64,000 nucleotides of DNA from the human T2T-CHM13v2.0 reference genome, Homo sapiens, in the NCBI RefSeq assembly GCF_009914755.1, contig NC_060928.1; one strand, written 5' to 3'. Positions 1 through 12,799 of the stretch are shown here, piece after piece. Position numbers and translations under genes: made by a program. The notes beneath the pieces were generated by a model. It did no database searches. It was not told the DNA's origin and saw only the letters and a list, made by a program, of their open reading frames with translations. The stretch's first letter is position 1. Each line of letters opens with the position of its first letter.

Positions 1-163
1 TTCTTTTGCAATTGGAAGAAAAAAAATATTTTATTTTTCTATTCTTTAGATTTTCTTCACTAACAGTATTTCCAAGGCTAAGTAAGGGAGTTACAAGTAG
101 CACCAAGAGAAAAAAGCAGGGTTGAGCAGCTTTTAAAATATGGTCTTAAAATATGGAAAATAG

Positions 164-470
164 AGCCAGGTGTGGTAGCTCACACTTGTAATCCCAGCAC
201 TTTGGGAATCTGAGGGAGGAGGATTGGTTGAGGCCAAAAGTTTGAGACCAGCCTGGGTAGCATAGCAAGATCCCTATCTTTACAAAAAGAAATAGTCATG
301 TTTTAAAAAAATAGCTGTATGTGGTGGTGCATGCCTAGAGTCCTAGTTACCTGGGAGGCTGAGGTAGGAGGAGCTCTTGAGCCCAGGAGTTCAAGTCTGC
401 AGTCAGCTACGATTGCACCACTGTACTCCAGCCTGGGCAACAGAGTGAGACCCTGTCTCTCTCTCTATTA

Positions 471-507
<37 letters not shown>
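164..507 (+). mobile_element. AluJ-like element with (TA)n tail
   Basis: Diverged Alu dimer 164-460; TA dinucleotide run to ~507. Confidence 0.9.
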
Positions 508-509
<2 letters not shown>

Positions 510-956
510 AAAAGGGAAAGGGCCAAGAATATCAAAGACATTATTGAAGAAGAGGAAAGATTTATCCTGCCAAATATCAGAACTTTTATAAAGCTGTGGC
601 AATTAAGACAGTGTGGTCTTAACTGATAAACTGACCAATGAAACAGATAGAGAGCTCCCAAACAAATCTCCATAAATTTAATCTTTGATATGTGATGTAG
701 ATCACATGGCAGATCAGCAAGGAAAGGAAGGACTTTTCAATAAATAGAATAGAAAAATAATGGTTATTGATATAGGAAACAAAATGAAATTATATTCCTA
801 CTTCACTCTATATACAAACATTAAATTCCAGATGGACCAAGACTTACATGTCAGAAACAAAACTTTAAAACTTTTATTACAAAATGTAAGTGAATGAGAC
901 ACAAAAAGGCATTTAACCATCAAAAAAGATTAGAAATTTTGACTATCACAAAATTA

Positions 957-1272
<316 letters not shown>

Positions 1273-1577
1273 ATTAAAAGTTAAAAAAATAAAAAGAGTG
1301 AAAAGATAAACTATAAACTGGAAGAAGATATTTGCAGTACCTAAAACCTACACAAGATTAATATCATATCAACAAAGCATAAGGAGCTCCCATGAATTCA
1401 TTTTTAAAGTAGCAACCCAACAGAAAATTGGGAAAAGACATTAATAGGGATTTCACAAAAGAGAAAACAGCCCCCAAAACATAAAAATTTTCTCACCCTC
1501 ATTAGTAATCAGGAAAATGCATAAGATACTACATATCTATTCTCTCCACAAATATTAAGAAGTCTAACAATACCAAA

Positions 1578-3854
1578 TGTATTAGTCCATTTTCACACTG
1601 CTGATAAAGACATACCTGAGACTGGGAAGAAAAAGAGGCTTAATTGGTCTTATGGTTCCACAGGGCTGGGGAGGCCTCAGAGTCATGGCAGAGAATGAAA
1701 GGCACAACTCACATGGTGGCGGCAAGAGAAAACGAGAAGGAAGCAAAAGCAGAAACCCTGATAACCCATCAGATCTCATGAGACTTATTCACTATCACAA
1801 GAATAGCACAGGAAAGATTGGCCCCCATGATTCAATTACCTCCCCCTGGGTCCCTCCCACAACATGTGGGAATTCTGGTAGATATAATTCAAGTTGAGAT
1901 TTGGGTGGGGACACAGCCAAACCATATTATTCCACCCCTGGCCCCTCCAAATCTCATGTCCTCACATTTCAAAACCAATCATGCCTTCCCAACAGTCCCC
2001 CATAGTCTTAACTCATTTCAGCATTAACCCAAATGTCAACTGTCCAAAGTCTCATCTGAGACAAGGCAAGTCCCTTCGGCCTATGAGCCTGTAAACTCAA
2101 ATGCAAGCTAGTTACTTCCTAGATACAATGGGGGTACAGGTAATTGGGTAAATACAGATGTTCCAAATGGGAGAAATTCGGCACAACAAAGGGGTTACAG
2201 GGCCCTTGCAAGTCCAAAATCCAGCAGGGCAGTCAAATTTTAAAGTTCCAAAATGATCTCCTTTGACTCCATGATTCACATCCAGGTCACGCTGATGCAA
2301 GAGGTAGGCTCCCACGGCCTTGGGTAGTTCTGCCCCTGCGGCTTTGCAGGGTACAGCCCCCCTCCCCAGCTGCTTTCACGGGCTGACATTGAGTGTCTGC
2401 AGCTTTTCCAGACTCACAGTGCAAGCTGTCAGTGAATCTACCATTCTAGGGTCTGGAGGATGGTGGCCCTCTTCTCACAGCTCCACTAAGCAGTGCCCCA
2501 GTAGGGACTCTGTGTAGGGGTTCCAACCCCACGTTTCCCTTCTGCACTGCCCTAGCAGAGGTTCTCCCTGAGTGCCCCACCCCTGCAGCAAACTTCTGCT
2601 TGGACATCCAGGCGTTTCCATACATCCTCTGAAATCTAGGTGGAGGTTCCCAAAGCTCAATTCTTGACTTCTTTGCATGTGCAGGCTCAACACAACATGG
2701 AAGCTGCCAAGGCTTGGTGCTTGTACTGTCAAAACCATGGCCTGAGTTCTATGTTGGCCCCTTTCAGCCGTGGCTGGAACGGCTGAAATGCAGAGCACGG
2801 AGGCCCTAGGCTGCACACAGCACAGCGATCCTGGGCCCGGCCCACAAAACCATTTTTTTCCTCCTAGGCCTCCGGGCCTGTGATGGGAGGGGTTGCTGTG
2901 ATGACCTCCAACATGCCCTGGAGACATTTTCCCCATTGTCTTGGGGATTAACATTCAGCTTCTTGTTACTTATGCAGCCAGCTTGAGTATATCCTCAGAA
3001 AATGGGATTTTCTTTTCTATCACACTGTCAGGCTGCAAATTTTCCAAACTTTTATGCTCTGCTTCCTTTATAAAACTGAATGCCTTTAACATCACCCAAG
3101 TCACCTCTTGAATGCTTTACTGCTTAGAAATTTCTTCCACCAGATATAATAAATCATCTCTCTCAAGTTCAAACTTCCACAAATCTCTAGGGCAGGGGCA
3201 AAATGCTGTCAGTCTCTTTGCTAAAACATAACAAGAGTCACCTTTGCGCCAGTTCCCAACAAATTCTCCATCTCCATCTGAGACCACCTCAGCCTGGACC
3301 TTATTGTCCATATCACTATCAGCATTTTTGTCAAAGCCATTCAACAAGTCTCTAGGAAGTTCCAAACTTCCCCACATTTTCCTGTCTTCTTCTGAGCCCT
3401 CCAAACTGTTCCAACCTCTGCCTGTTACCCAGTTTCAAAGTTGCTTCCACATTTTTGGGTATCTCATCAGCAACACCCCACTCCACTGGTATCAATTTAC
3501 TGTATTAGTCTGTTTTGACACTGCTGATAAAGACATACACGATACTGGGAAGAAAAAGAGGTTTAATTGGATTTACAATTTCACATGGCTGGGGAGGCCT
3601 CAAAGTCATGGCAGGAGGCAAAAGGCGCTTCTTACATGGTGGCAGCAAGAGAAAGTGAGGAGGAAGTCAAAGCAGAAACCCCTGATAAACCCATCAGATC
3701 TCATGAGACTTATTCACTATCACGAGAATAGCACAGGAAAGACCGATCCCCATGATTCAATTACCTCACCCTGGGTCCCTCCCACAACACGTGGGAATTC
3801 TGGGAGACACAATTCAAGCTGATATTTGGGTGGGGACATAGCCAAACCATATCA
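1578..3854 (-). mobile_element. Complete THE1 (MaLR) provirus: LTR 1578-1929, internal 1930-3500, LTR 3501-3854
   Basis: Two homologous ~350-bp LTRs (TGTATTAGTC...AAACCATATYA), THE1-int sequence between them, 5-bp TSD CCAAA at 1573-1577 and 3855-3859. Confidence 0.93.
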
Positions 3855-4539
3855 CCAAATATGGAGAGATTGCGGATCAACAAGATTGTCTCGAACTAAT
3901 ACAAGAGGTGAGAGTTTAAATTAGAACAACCACTTTGGAAAACAATTTGGATTATCTTATAAAGTTGAGCATTCTCATATGTTATGTCACAGTAATTCAT
4001 GTACCATAAGCCCTGGAGAAACTCTTGCCCATGTGTGCCAGAAGTAGTAAAAAAAGAAAAGAAATGCTCATGTAATGCCATTCATAATAGCAAAATTCTG
4101 GATATAAGCCAAATGTTCATTAATAGGAGAATGGGTAAATTAATAGGAGAATGAGTAAATAAATTATACACTTAAAAAACTGAATAATATATTTTCTCGG
4201 GCAATCATATATACGCAATAAAACAATTTTTTTTTTTAAGGAAGGGAATCCTAAACATAAATTCAGGGTAGTAGTTCCCCCTGGGGCTGAAGGGTGTGAA
4301 TCAGGAAAAAGGACAGAAGAGGAGCAGATGTTAGGATCAGATCCTAGTTCTTGGGTTGTGTGGTGGGTTCACAAGTGATTACATTTTATTCAAATACATT
4401 CAAATACATTTACATAGAGGCTTAGGCACAGACAGGATGAAATAGAAGCCAAGGTAAGCTATGAGCCAAGGATTATGATTAATCCAGTTTTTGCACTTTA
4501 AGTCATTTGAAAAACAGAAAAGCAAAACAACAAAATAAT

Positions 4540-4846
<307 letters not shown>

Positions 4847-4877
4847 CAAAATAATTTTTAAGAAATTGAATATAGGG

Positions 4878-5263
4878 TGCTATGGTCTGAATGTGTCCTT
4901 CTACAATTCATCACCAATGTCATAGTATTAGGAAGTAGGGCTGTTAGGAAGTGATTCAGTCATGAAGGGAGAGTCTTCATGAGTGGATTTAGGGTCCTTA
5001 CACAAGGGCTAGAGGGAGTGGGCTTCCCCTGTTTTGCCCTTCTGCCTTCTGCCATGTGAGGACACAGTGCATCCCCTCCTGAAGACACAGTGCTCAAGGC
5101 GCCATCTTGGATGCAGAGACCAGGCCGTCACCAGACACCACTCCTGCTGGCATCTTGATCTTGGACTTCCAGCCTATGGAACTGTGGGAAATACATTTCT
5201 GTTCTTTAGAAATTACCCAGTCTAGTGTATTTCGCTATACAGTAGCACAAATGCACTAAGACA
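4878..5263 (+). mobile_element. MaLR solo LTR (MLT1A/MST-like)
   Basis: TGCTATGGTCTGAATGTGTCC...CTAAGACA termini; imperfect TSD TAGGG/TAGTG. Confidence 0.8.
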
Positions 5264-6520
5264 TAGTGCTTCTTGTCATTTTCTTATTCTACAATTTTCT
5301 TTGTTGCCTCTTTAGCAGTGTGTCATTTTAAATTTGATTCTTCATAATATCTCTTACTTTTGGTTTCTCACATTTCTGTTCCAAGTGTATTCTTAGATAT
5401 TGTTCACTGTTTGTTAGTAACCAGGTCAGAAAGTCCAGAATACATTCTTCTAAGGGTTCAATTTCTGCAACAACATAAGTAGCAATGCCTCCTGTAAACT
5501 AGGTATTTCCTTGCCAATTGTAACTGCCATCTGGAAGCAAAGTGGCATTACAGTCTACCAGTGTGGGGTTGATTTTTAATGTATCTGGGGTATGGTTAAA
5601 TGCTGGTTTCTAATCACACAGATTCATCGATGGCTAGGCACACTAGGGCATCAGTTGCTAGCTATCTCTGTATTTTTCCATGCTGTTAGAGAGGGAAAGT
5701 ACAGACTGTGAAGCTGGACCAGCTGTCACACCCACAGCATTTGGGGAGCTTTTTTTTTTTTTTAACCTTTAGTTGCTCAACTGTCACACGTAGCAGCTCA
5801 GGTGAAAGGCATGTGTATTGTGGGGACTTTCCCTTAGTGCTCTGTGGCGCAGAAGAGCAGACCTATGTAGAAGCATTTAAGTATTTTGTACATCAACAGG
5901 ACAATTAAATGAACAAGTTTTTATTGTACCTTTTAGTTCCTGAAGACAAAACCACAGTGACAGTAACTAGGTCAAGGCATTGTACTCAAAGCGGGTCAGC
6001 CTTGGTCTTTAAGAGTGAGTCCCCTTCACCCCACTGTCAAGACTCATTGACCGGACGGGAAAGTTCAGGTGGAACATGCAGTGAGCAGCAAACACGGTGT
6101 CACGTGCTGCCATGCCTGCCATGGTCAGCAGACCTGTCTTCTCATTGGCAACAGGCAGATAAACAGATTTTTATCAACCAATAAACGTCTTCTTGGAGAG
6201 TTTCTTGATTCTTCCCAGCTGTGGCAGGATGGACTGACTTAGAGGAGCTCAGCAAGATTGCTGAACCACACAGAAACACAGGTTGAATTGTACTCCTCAG
6301 CAGGCCTAGGTTAGAGCAGCAGGTCTATCATTGGTCCTTGAAGCCTTGGCCACTCCTGGGACATAGCATAATGCCCCTAGTGACTTGAAATTTGGTGGAG
6401 AGTGGGTTGCTAATCCCTGTGTCCAGGGACAAAAAGAGACATAAAGAGCAAAAAGTTATAAAATAAGTGGGAGTAACATCTGCTTATCGTGGGAGGTAGG
6501 GATTTAAGATATAAGAATTC

Positions 6521-6809
<289 letters not shown>

Positions 6810-6906
6810 TCAGACTTGACACCAGGTACTAAGCCATCTTAGCAGTGAGGTTTTTTTTGCTTTTGTTTTTTTGAGACAGAGTCTTACTAAGCCATCTTAG
6901 CAGTGA

Positions 6907-7206
<300 letters not shown>

Positions 7207-7341
7207 AGCAGTGAGGTTTAAACAATGTTTTCCACTGATGGACCCCAGTGTGAAACCATGTCACTTCATGAGTATGCAAATAACTTGGTAGATCTTCTCT
7301 CACTTGTGAATGATATGTCACATCTCATATATATTTTAATC

Positions 7342-7730
7342 CAGGGGTCTCCAACCCCCAGGCCACAAACTGATACTGGTCCATGGCCTATTAGGAACTG
7401 GGCTGCACAGCTGCACAGCTGGAGGTGAGTGGTTGGCAAGGGAGCAAAGCTTCTTCTGTATTTATAGCTGCTCTCCATCGCTCACATCATTACCTGAGCT
7501 CCACCTCCTGTCAGATCAACAGCAGCATTAGATTCTCATAGGAACTCGAGCCCTATTGTGAACTGTGCATGGCAGGGATGTAGGTTGCACACTCCTTATG
7601 AGAATCTAATGCCTGATGATCTGAAGTGGAACAGTTTCATCCCAAATCCATCCCCCACCCCTCCACCCCCTGTGGAAAACTTGTCTTTCACAAAACCGGT
7701 CCCTGGTGTCAAAAAGCTTGGGGACCACTG
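7342..7730 (+). mobile_element. MER1 (hAT-Charlie) non-autonomous DNA transposon
   Basis: TIRs CAGGGGTCTCCAAC / CTTGGGGACCACTG; 8-bp TSD TTTTAATC / TTATAATC; internal inverted repeat CATTAGATTCTCATA...TATGAGAATCTAATG. Confidence 0.88.
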
Positions 7731-7804
7731 TTATAATCCATAATATGCCATTATGATCCAACACAATACCATTTAGCTCCTGTATATTCTGCCAAAATAT
7801 CTAG

Positions 7805-8160
<356 letters not shown>

Positions 8161-8335
8161 GAGAGTGCTAATCTTTAAAGCTGTAAATTTCATATTCATG
8201 AGAGCTATGGGCAGGGTTCATCTGAAGACATATCGTGGCAAGTTTATTTCTCAAAATGCCATTTGGATATTTTCCTGGATGATGTGGGTAGTGGAAGCAT
8301 TGTTGATGCTATAGGGCTTTAAAAACCCTGTTCAC

Positions 8336-8641
8336 GGCCAGGCACGGTGGCTCACGTCTGTAATCCCAGCACTTTGGGAGGCTGAGGCTGGTGGATCACC
8401 TGAGGTCAGGAGTTCGTGACCAGCCTGGCCAGTGTGGTGAAAGCCCATCTCTACTAAAAATACAAAAACTAGCCGGGCATGGAGGCACACACTTGTAATC
8501 ACAGCTACTCGGCAGGCTGAGGCAGGAGAATCACTTGAGGCAGGAGAATCACTTGAGACCGGGAGGCAGAGGTTGCAGTGAGCCAAGATCACGCCACTGC
8601 ACTCCAGCCTGGGTGACAAGAGTGAAACTCAGACTCAAAAA

Positions 8642-8680
<39 letters not shown>
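8336..8680 (+). mobile_element. AluS with internal 18-bp tandem duplication and (AAAT)n tail
   Basis: GAGGCAGGAGAATCACTT x2 at ~8519-8554; TSD AACCCTGTTCAC. Confidence 0.93.
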
Positions 8681-10194
8681 CCCTGTTCACACTGTCCTAC
8701 AAGGAGCACTCCCCCACACCATTTTTTTTTTTTTTTTTTTCTTCCTGACACAGGGTCTCTGGAGTCTCCAGCGATCCTCCAGGCCTACACCACCACGCCC
8801 AGCCTATTCACTTTTTTTTTTTTTTTCTACCTTCTTTTCTTTTTCCTGGCCTATTCACTTTTAATGACAAGGTATTTCCAACCCAGAATAGTCTTTGACA
8901 GCATTAACTGACAGATATTTGTGTATGAGTTGCTTCTATTCATCCTGAAAAGATACAATTACTAAAGCATACATTTGTAAGAATAACATTTTTATTTGAG
9001 TAGGTTAAATCTGAATAACTAGAAATTTCCTTTAAGGAGAAGGATGAGCTGCCTTCTTTGTCTTTAAATTTTTCTCGCTCTGTGGATCTGAAAAATAGGG
9101 CAGCTGGCCCAGTCCTGTTGGGCCACACCAGAAAAACGATGGAGCTTCTTAATCACACGTAATTATTCTCAGAATCCCATCTTCGTTCATGTGTGCCAGG
9201 CCACAACTTAAATTAGTGAGAAGGGCAAGTAAACCCTTTGGCATTGCCAAATGACCATCTAAGTAGTGCCAAACAGAATTTGGATACTAAGTTAGCCTGA
9301 CAGTTTACTAAGTATTTCCCATCCCCCCCCCGAACTTGGGGTTGTCAGAGAAGACTGGTTATTTTTTTCTTTAAATCTAGGGTCCAATCTGAGAATGTGG
9401 AATAGCAAAGACTTGGATTGGAGAGCTAGCAATATAGTCGTTACAGAAGGAGTCTTATAAGGACAATTTGGATATATTAGCTCCCCCAGAAGAAGGCACC
9501 GTTACTATTTTATTATTGTCATTAGCCATGAATTACCTCAAAGCATAGCCAGTGTAATTGAAAAATGTTAATTTTTCTTAGAAAAAACAGTACCCACTTC
9601 AGGGAGAACAAGCTCTGTTGCTTGGGGGTGTCTTTGCTGACAGGGCAGAAGTGGAGCCAAGGGTTTTTTTGTTTTTGTTTTTTGTTTTTTTTGTGGTGTT
9701 TGGCTGGAGTAGCGTGGTTATTGTCTAAAAGTTTTCCATCTTGCCAGGCTGCCTGTTTCCTGGTCCTTAGCTAGACATAGCAGGCTTTCTTTGGCTTTTT
9801 TCTTTTTTTAATCCATGCCCATTGGTGTTTCTGGGTTGCCAGCTTCTCCAGTGTCCAACCCAAGATACGTGAGACAAAAAGAAAACTCAGTGGCTCACTC
9901 ACTGCCGTGTCATGCCCTGGGTTCCCAGGTCCCTACATAGCCTTCCTTGCTGCATCCACTTTCAGAGTCTTCTGATATTTGTCTTATAAACAATGTCTAG
10001 GCTTTCTAGCTACACTCAGCAGGAAGAATAGAGAGAAAAGCACATGCTCCATTTTGGTCCTTGTAGTATTTTTGTATCAATTAAATAGGAATTTCACTGG
10101 AGGTGAGAAACACGGCATCAGTTTCAGTTGTCTCTAGAGACACACAGAGTGATCTACGTCAGGGTTTTCTCCAGTGGAAACTCCGTATCTGGTT

Positions 10195-10870
10195 CATTTT
10201 TAAAAATCAACGTTATTGGGGTTTGATATTCATACAATAATGGATACTTTACATATAATAAAATGCACTCATTTAAGATTAGTTTCATGAGTCTTAACAA
10301 ATGTATACACCTGTGTAGCTATTACCACCACCAAGATATAGGACACTTTCCTGACCCCTCCAATCTCCCTGTGCCTCGTTATAGCTGAGACACTCCTAAT
10401 CCCTGCCCCAGGCAAGCATTCATCTGATTTCTCTTGCTTTGGCTTGGTTTTTGCCTTCATATAAATGAACTTCTAAATAAATGAAATAATAGAGTATGTA
10501 CTCTTGGGTCTCTTTCATTCAGCAGCATAGTTCGGATATCCATCCACATTCTGTGTATTAGTAGTTCGTCCTTTTTGATTGGTGAATGCTATTCCATTGT
10601 ATGACTATACCTCAATTCGTTTGTCCATTTTCCCCTGAGTGGACATTTGTGTTGTTTTCTTTTTGTGCTATTATGAATATGGTGCTTTAAACATTCATGT
10701 TCAAGTCTCGTAGATATATACTTTTATTTCTCTTGAATAGCTAGGAGTAGAATGGCTGGCTCATTCAGTAAGTGCATGTTTAACTTAACCACCAAACTGA
10801 ATTCCCAAGTGGCTGCCCAATTTTGCATTCCCAACAACAGCGCATGAGAATTCTGATGCCTTCATATCCT
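10195..10870 (-). mobile_element. Old L1M 3' fragment
   Basis: Typical L1M 3' antisense motifs (TATTCCATTGTATG, GGACATTTG, CTAGGAGTAGAATGGCTGG). Confidence 0.7.
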
Positions 10871-11433
10871 TGGGGTCTGGCTCTGGTCCCAGCACCACTG
10901 AGAATCCCTCTGAAGCCAGCATGGTTCCAGTGCTCAGCTCAGCCAAAGGCACCACTTACTAAAATGAGTGCACAGTAACACCGTTTCACTCTTTCTATTC
11001 CCACGCACTGGAGACCTGGGCTAGGACGGGTTATGGGATCTACCCTGCACACGCCAAGAGCCGCTCTTCCCATCTGACTTTTAAAATCTCAGTTTCGAAT
11101 CCCACAATTCTTTCTCAAGTCTAACCCTACTCAGTCATCACGGGGGCGTCTTCCCTAAGAGAAAACTCATGCTATCAAGTTTCACTAAAAAGCTTAGCCT
11201 AAAAGAGATGTAGACATCATTTGGAGGGGTGAGGGCAGTGAAGACAAGCAGAGCTATCTGATGTCAGCCATCTGCACAGAGAATAACAAGCAAGATAATT
11301 TTGTAGCCGTTTTAATTCAAATAGACCTTGAGAGGCTTTGTAAGCTACTTACCTTCAAAATGTGGCACGCCTCATGGACATTATTAATACAAATACAAAA
11401 TTTATTTTTCTATTACAAATGAGAAAAAAGGGA

Positions 11434-12036
11434 GCTAGGTGCAGTGGCTCATACCTGTAATCCTAGCATTTTGGAAGGCTGAGGCAGAAGGATCGCTTGA
11501 GCATGGGAGATCAAGACCAGCCGGGGCAACATAGTGAGACCCCATCTCTACAAGTAATCTTTTTAAAAAATAGCTAGGCGGCTGGGTGCAGTGGCTCATG
11601 CCTGTGGTCCCAGCACTCTGGGAGGCCAAGGTGGGCAGATCACCTGAAGTCAGGAGTTCAAGACCAGCCTGGCCAACATGGTGAAACCCCGTCTCTACTA
11701 AAAATACAAAAATTAGCTGGGCGTGGTGGTGCGTGCCTGTAACCCCAGCTACTCAGGAAGCTGAGGCAGGAGAATTGCTTGAACCCAGGAGGCAGAAGTT
11801 GCAGTGAACTGAGATCATGCCACTACCCTCTAGCCTGGGCAACAGAGCAAGATTCCGTTTCAAAAAAAAAAAATAGCCAAGGGTGGTGGCATGCACCTGT
11901 AGTTCCAGCTATTCAGGAGGCTGAGGCAGGAAGATCGCCTGAGTCTGGGAGGTTGAGGCTGCAGTAAGCTGTGATTGCATCACTGGACCCCAGCCTGGGT
12001 GACAGAGGGACACCCTGTCTCAAAAAAAAAAAATAA
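11434..12036 (+). mobile_element. AluJ split by an AluS (11580-11872) inserted at its A-rich linker
   Basis: Left arm, then a full Alu, then right arm; AAAAAATAGCYA duplicated at both junctions. Confidence 0.88.
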
Positions 12037-12799
12037 AGATTTTATACTAAAGAAATTCTCAATTAATTCAACTTCAAGTAATTTGAAAACAATTCTCACC
12101 AATGTCTCTTCACAGCTGTAGTCATTCAGGAATTTTAATGTTACATGGAAAATGTCCCAGCCATCCACACTGGCTAGTCTGTTTCCCATTTTCTAGCTGC
12201 TGCCCAGTTGCTAGGAATCCTAATGAGTTGATACTTCTCTCCTCTGACAGCCAGGCCCAACCAGCCCACGGAAATCTCAGTCAAGGCAGCACTACAAGAG
12301 ACCCAGAGCAGGGGCTGCATGAGCTTGGTCCGTTCTGGGCCTCAGTTTCCCCATATTTAGATGGAGGGGATTTCCAAAATTAGATCTCAGGCCCTGTGCC
12401 CCGTGTTCCTCTGGCTGCACACGACCACTTAAGATGTTCTGTCGGGAAAACGGAAGGGCAGGGGTCTGGGAGGGTGAGATGCTTTCTCGGGGCATAATGT
12501 TTCCCAGAAAGACGATATTCTTACAGCGTGTGACATCTATTATTTCTGCCGGGATTTTGTAGAAAATGTAAATCTGGCAAGAAGAAAATTCACCTGGTGA
12601 ATTTCCAAGTGAATCAGGAGCCGATTCCCAGGCATCTTCCCAGCGTTCCTCACGCGTTGTTAAGGCGTGGCCCCCAGTCTTCTTGGACCTGGGCATGGCT
12701 AAGCAGGTCTGGGAGGTGGAATTTGGAGGTAGCCCCCAAATCCCTGCACCCTGGTGGGCATTCCTGGTGTGCTTGCATCCCCCTGCAAGTGGGCAGGAC

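Noticed and set aside
1582-3822. Multiple 65-192 aa ORFs
   Set aside because: All inside THE1 LTR/internal sequence; degenerate MaLR remnants.
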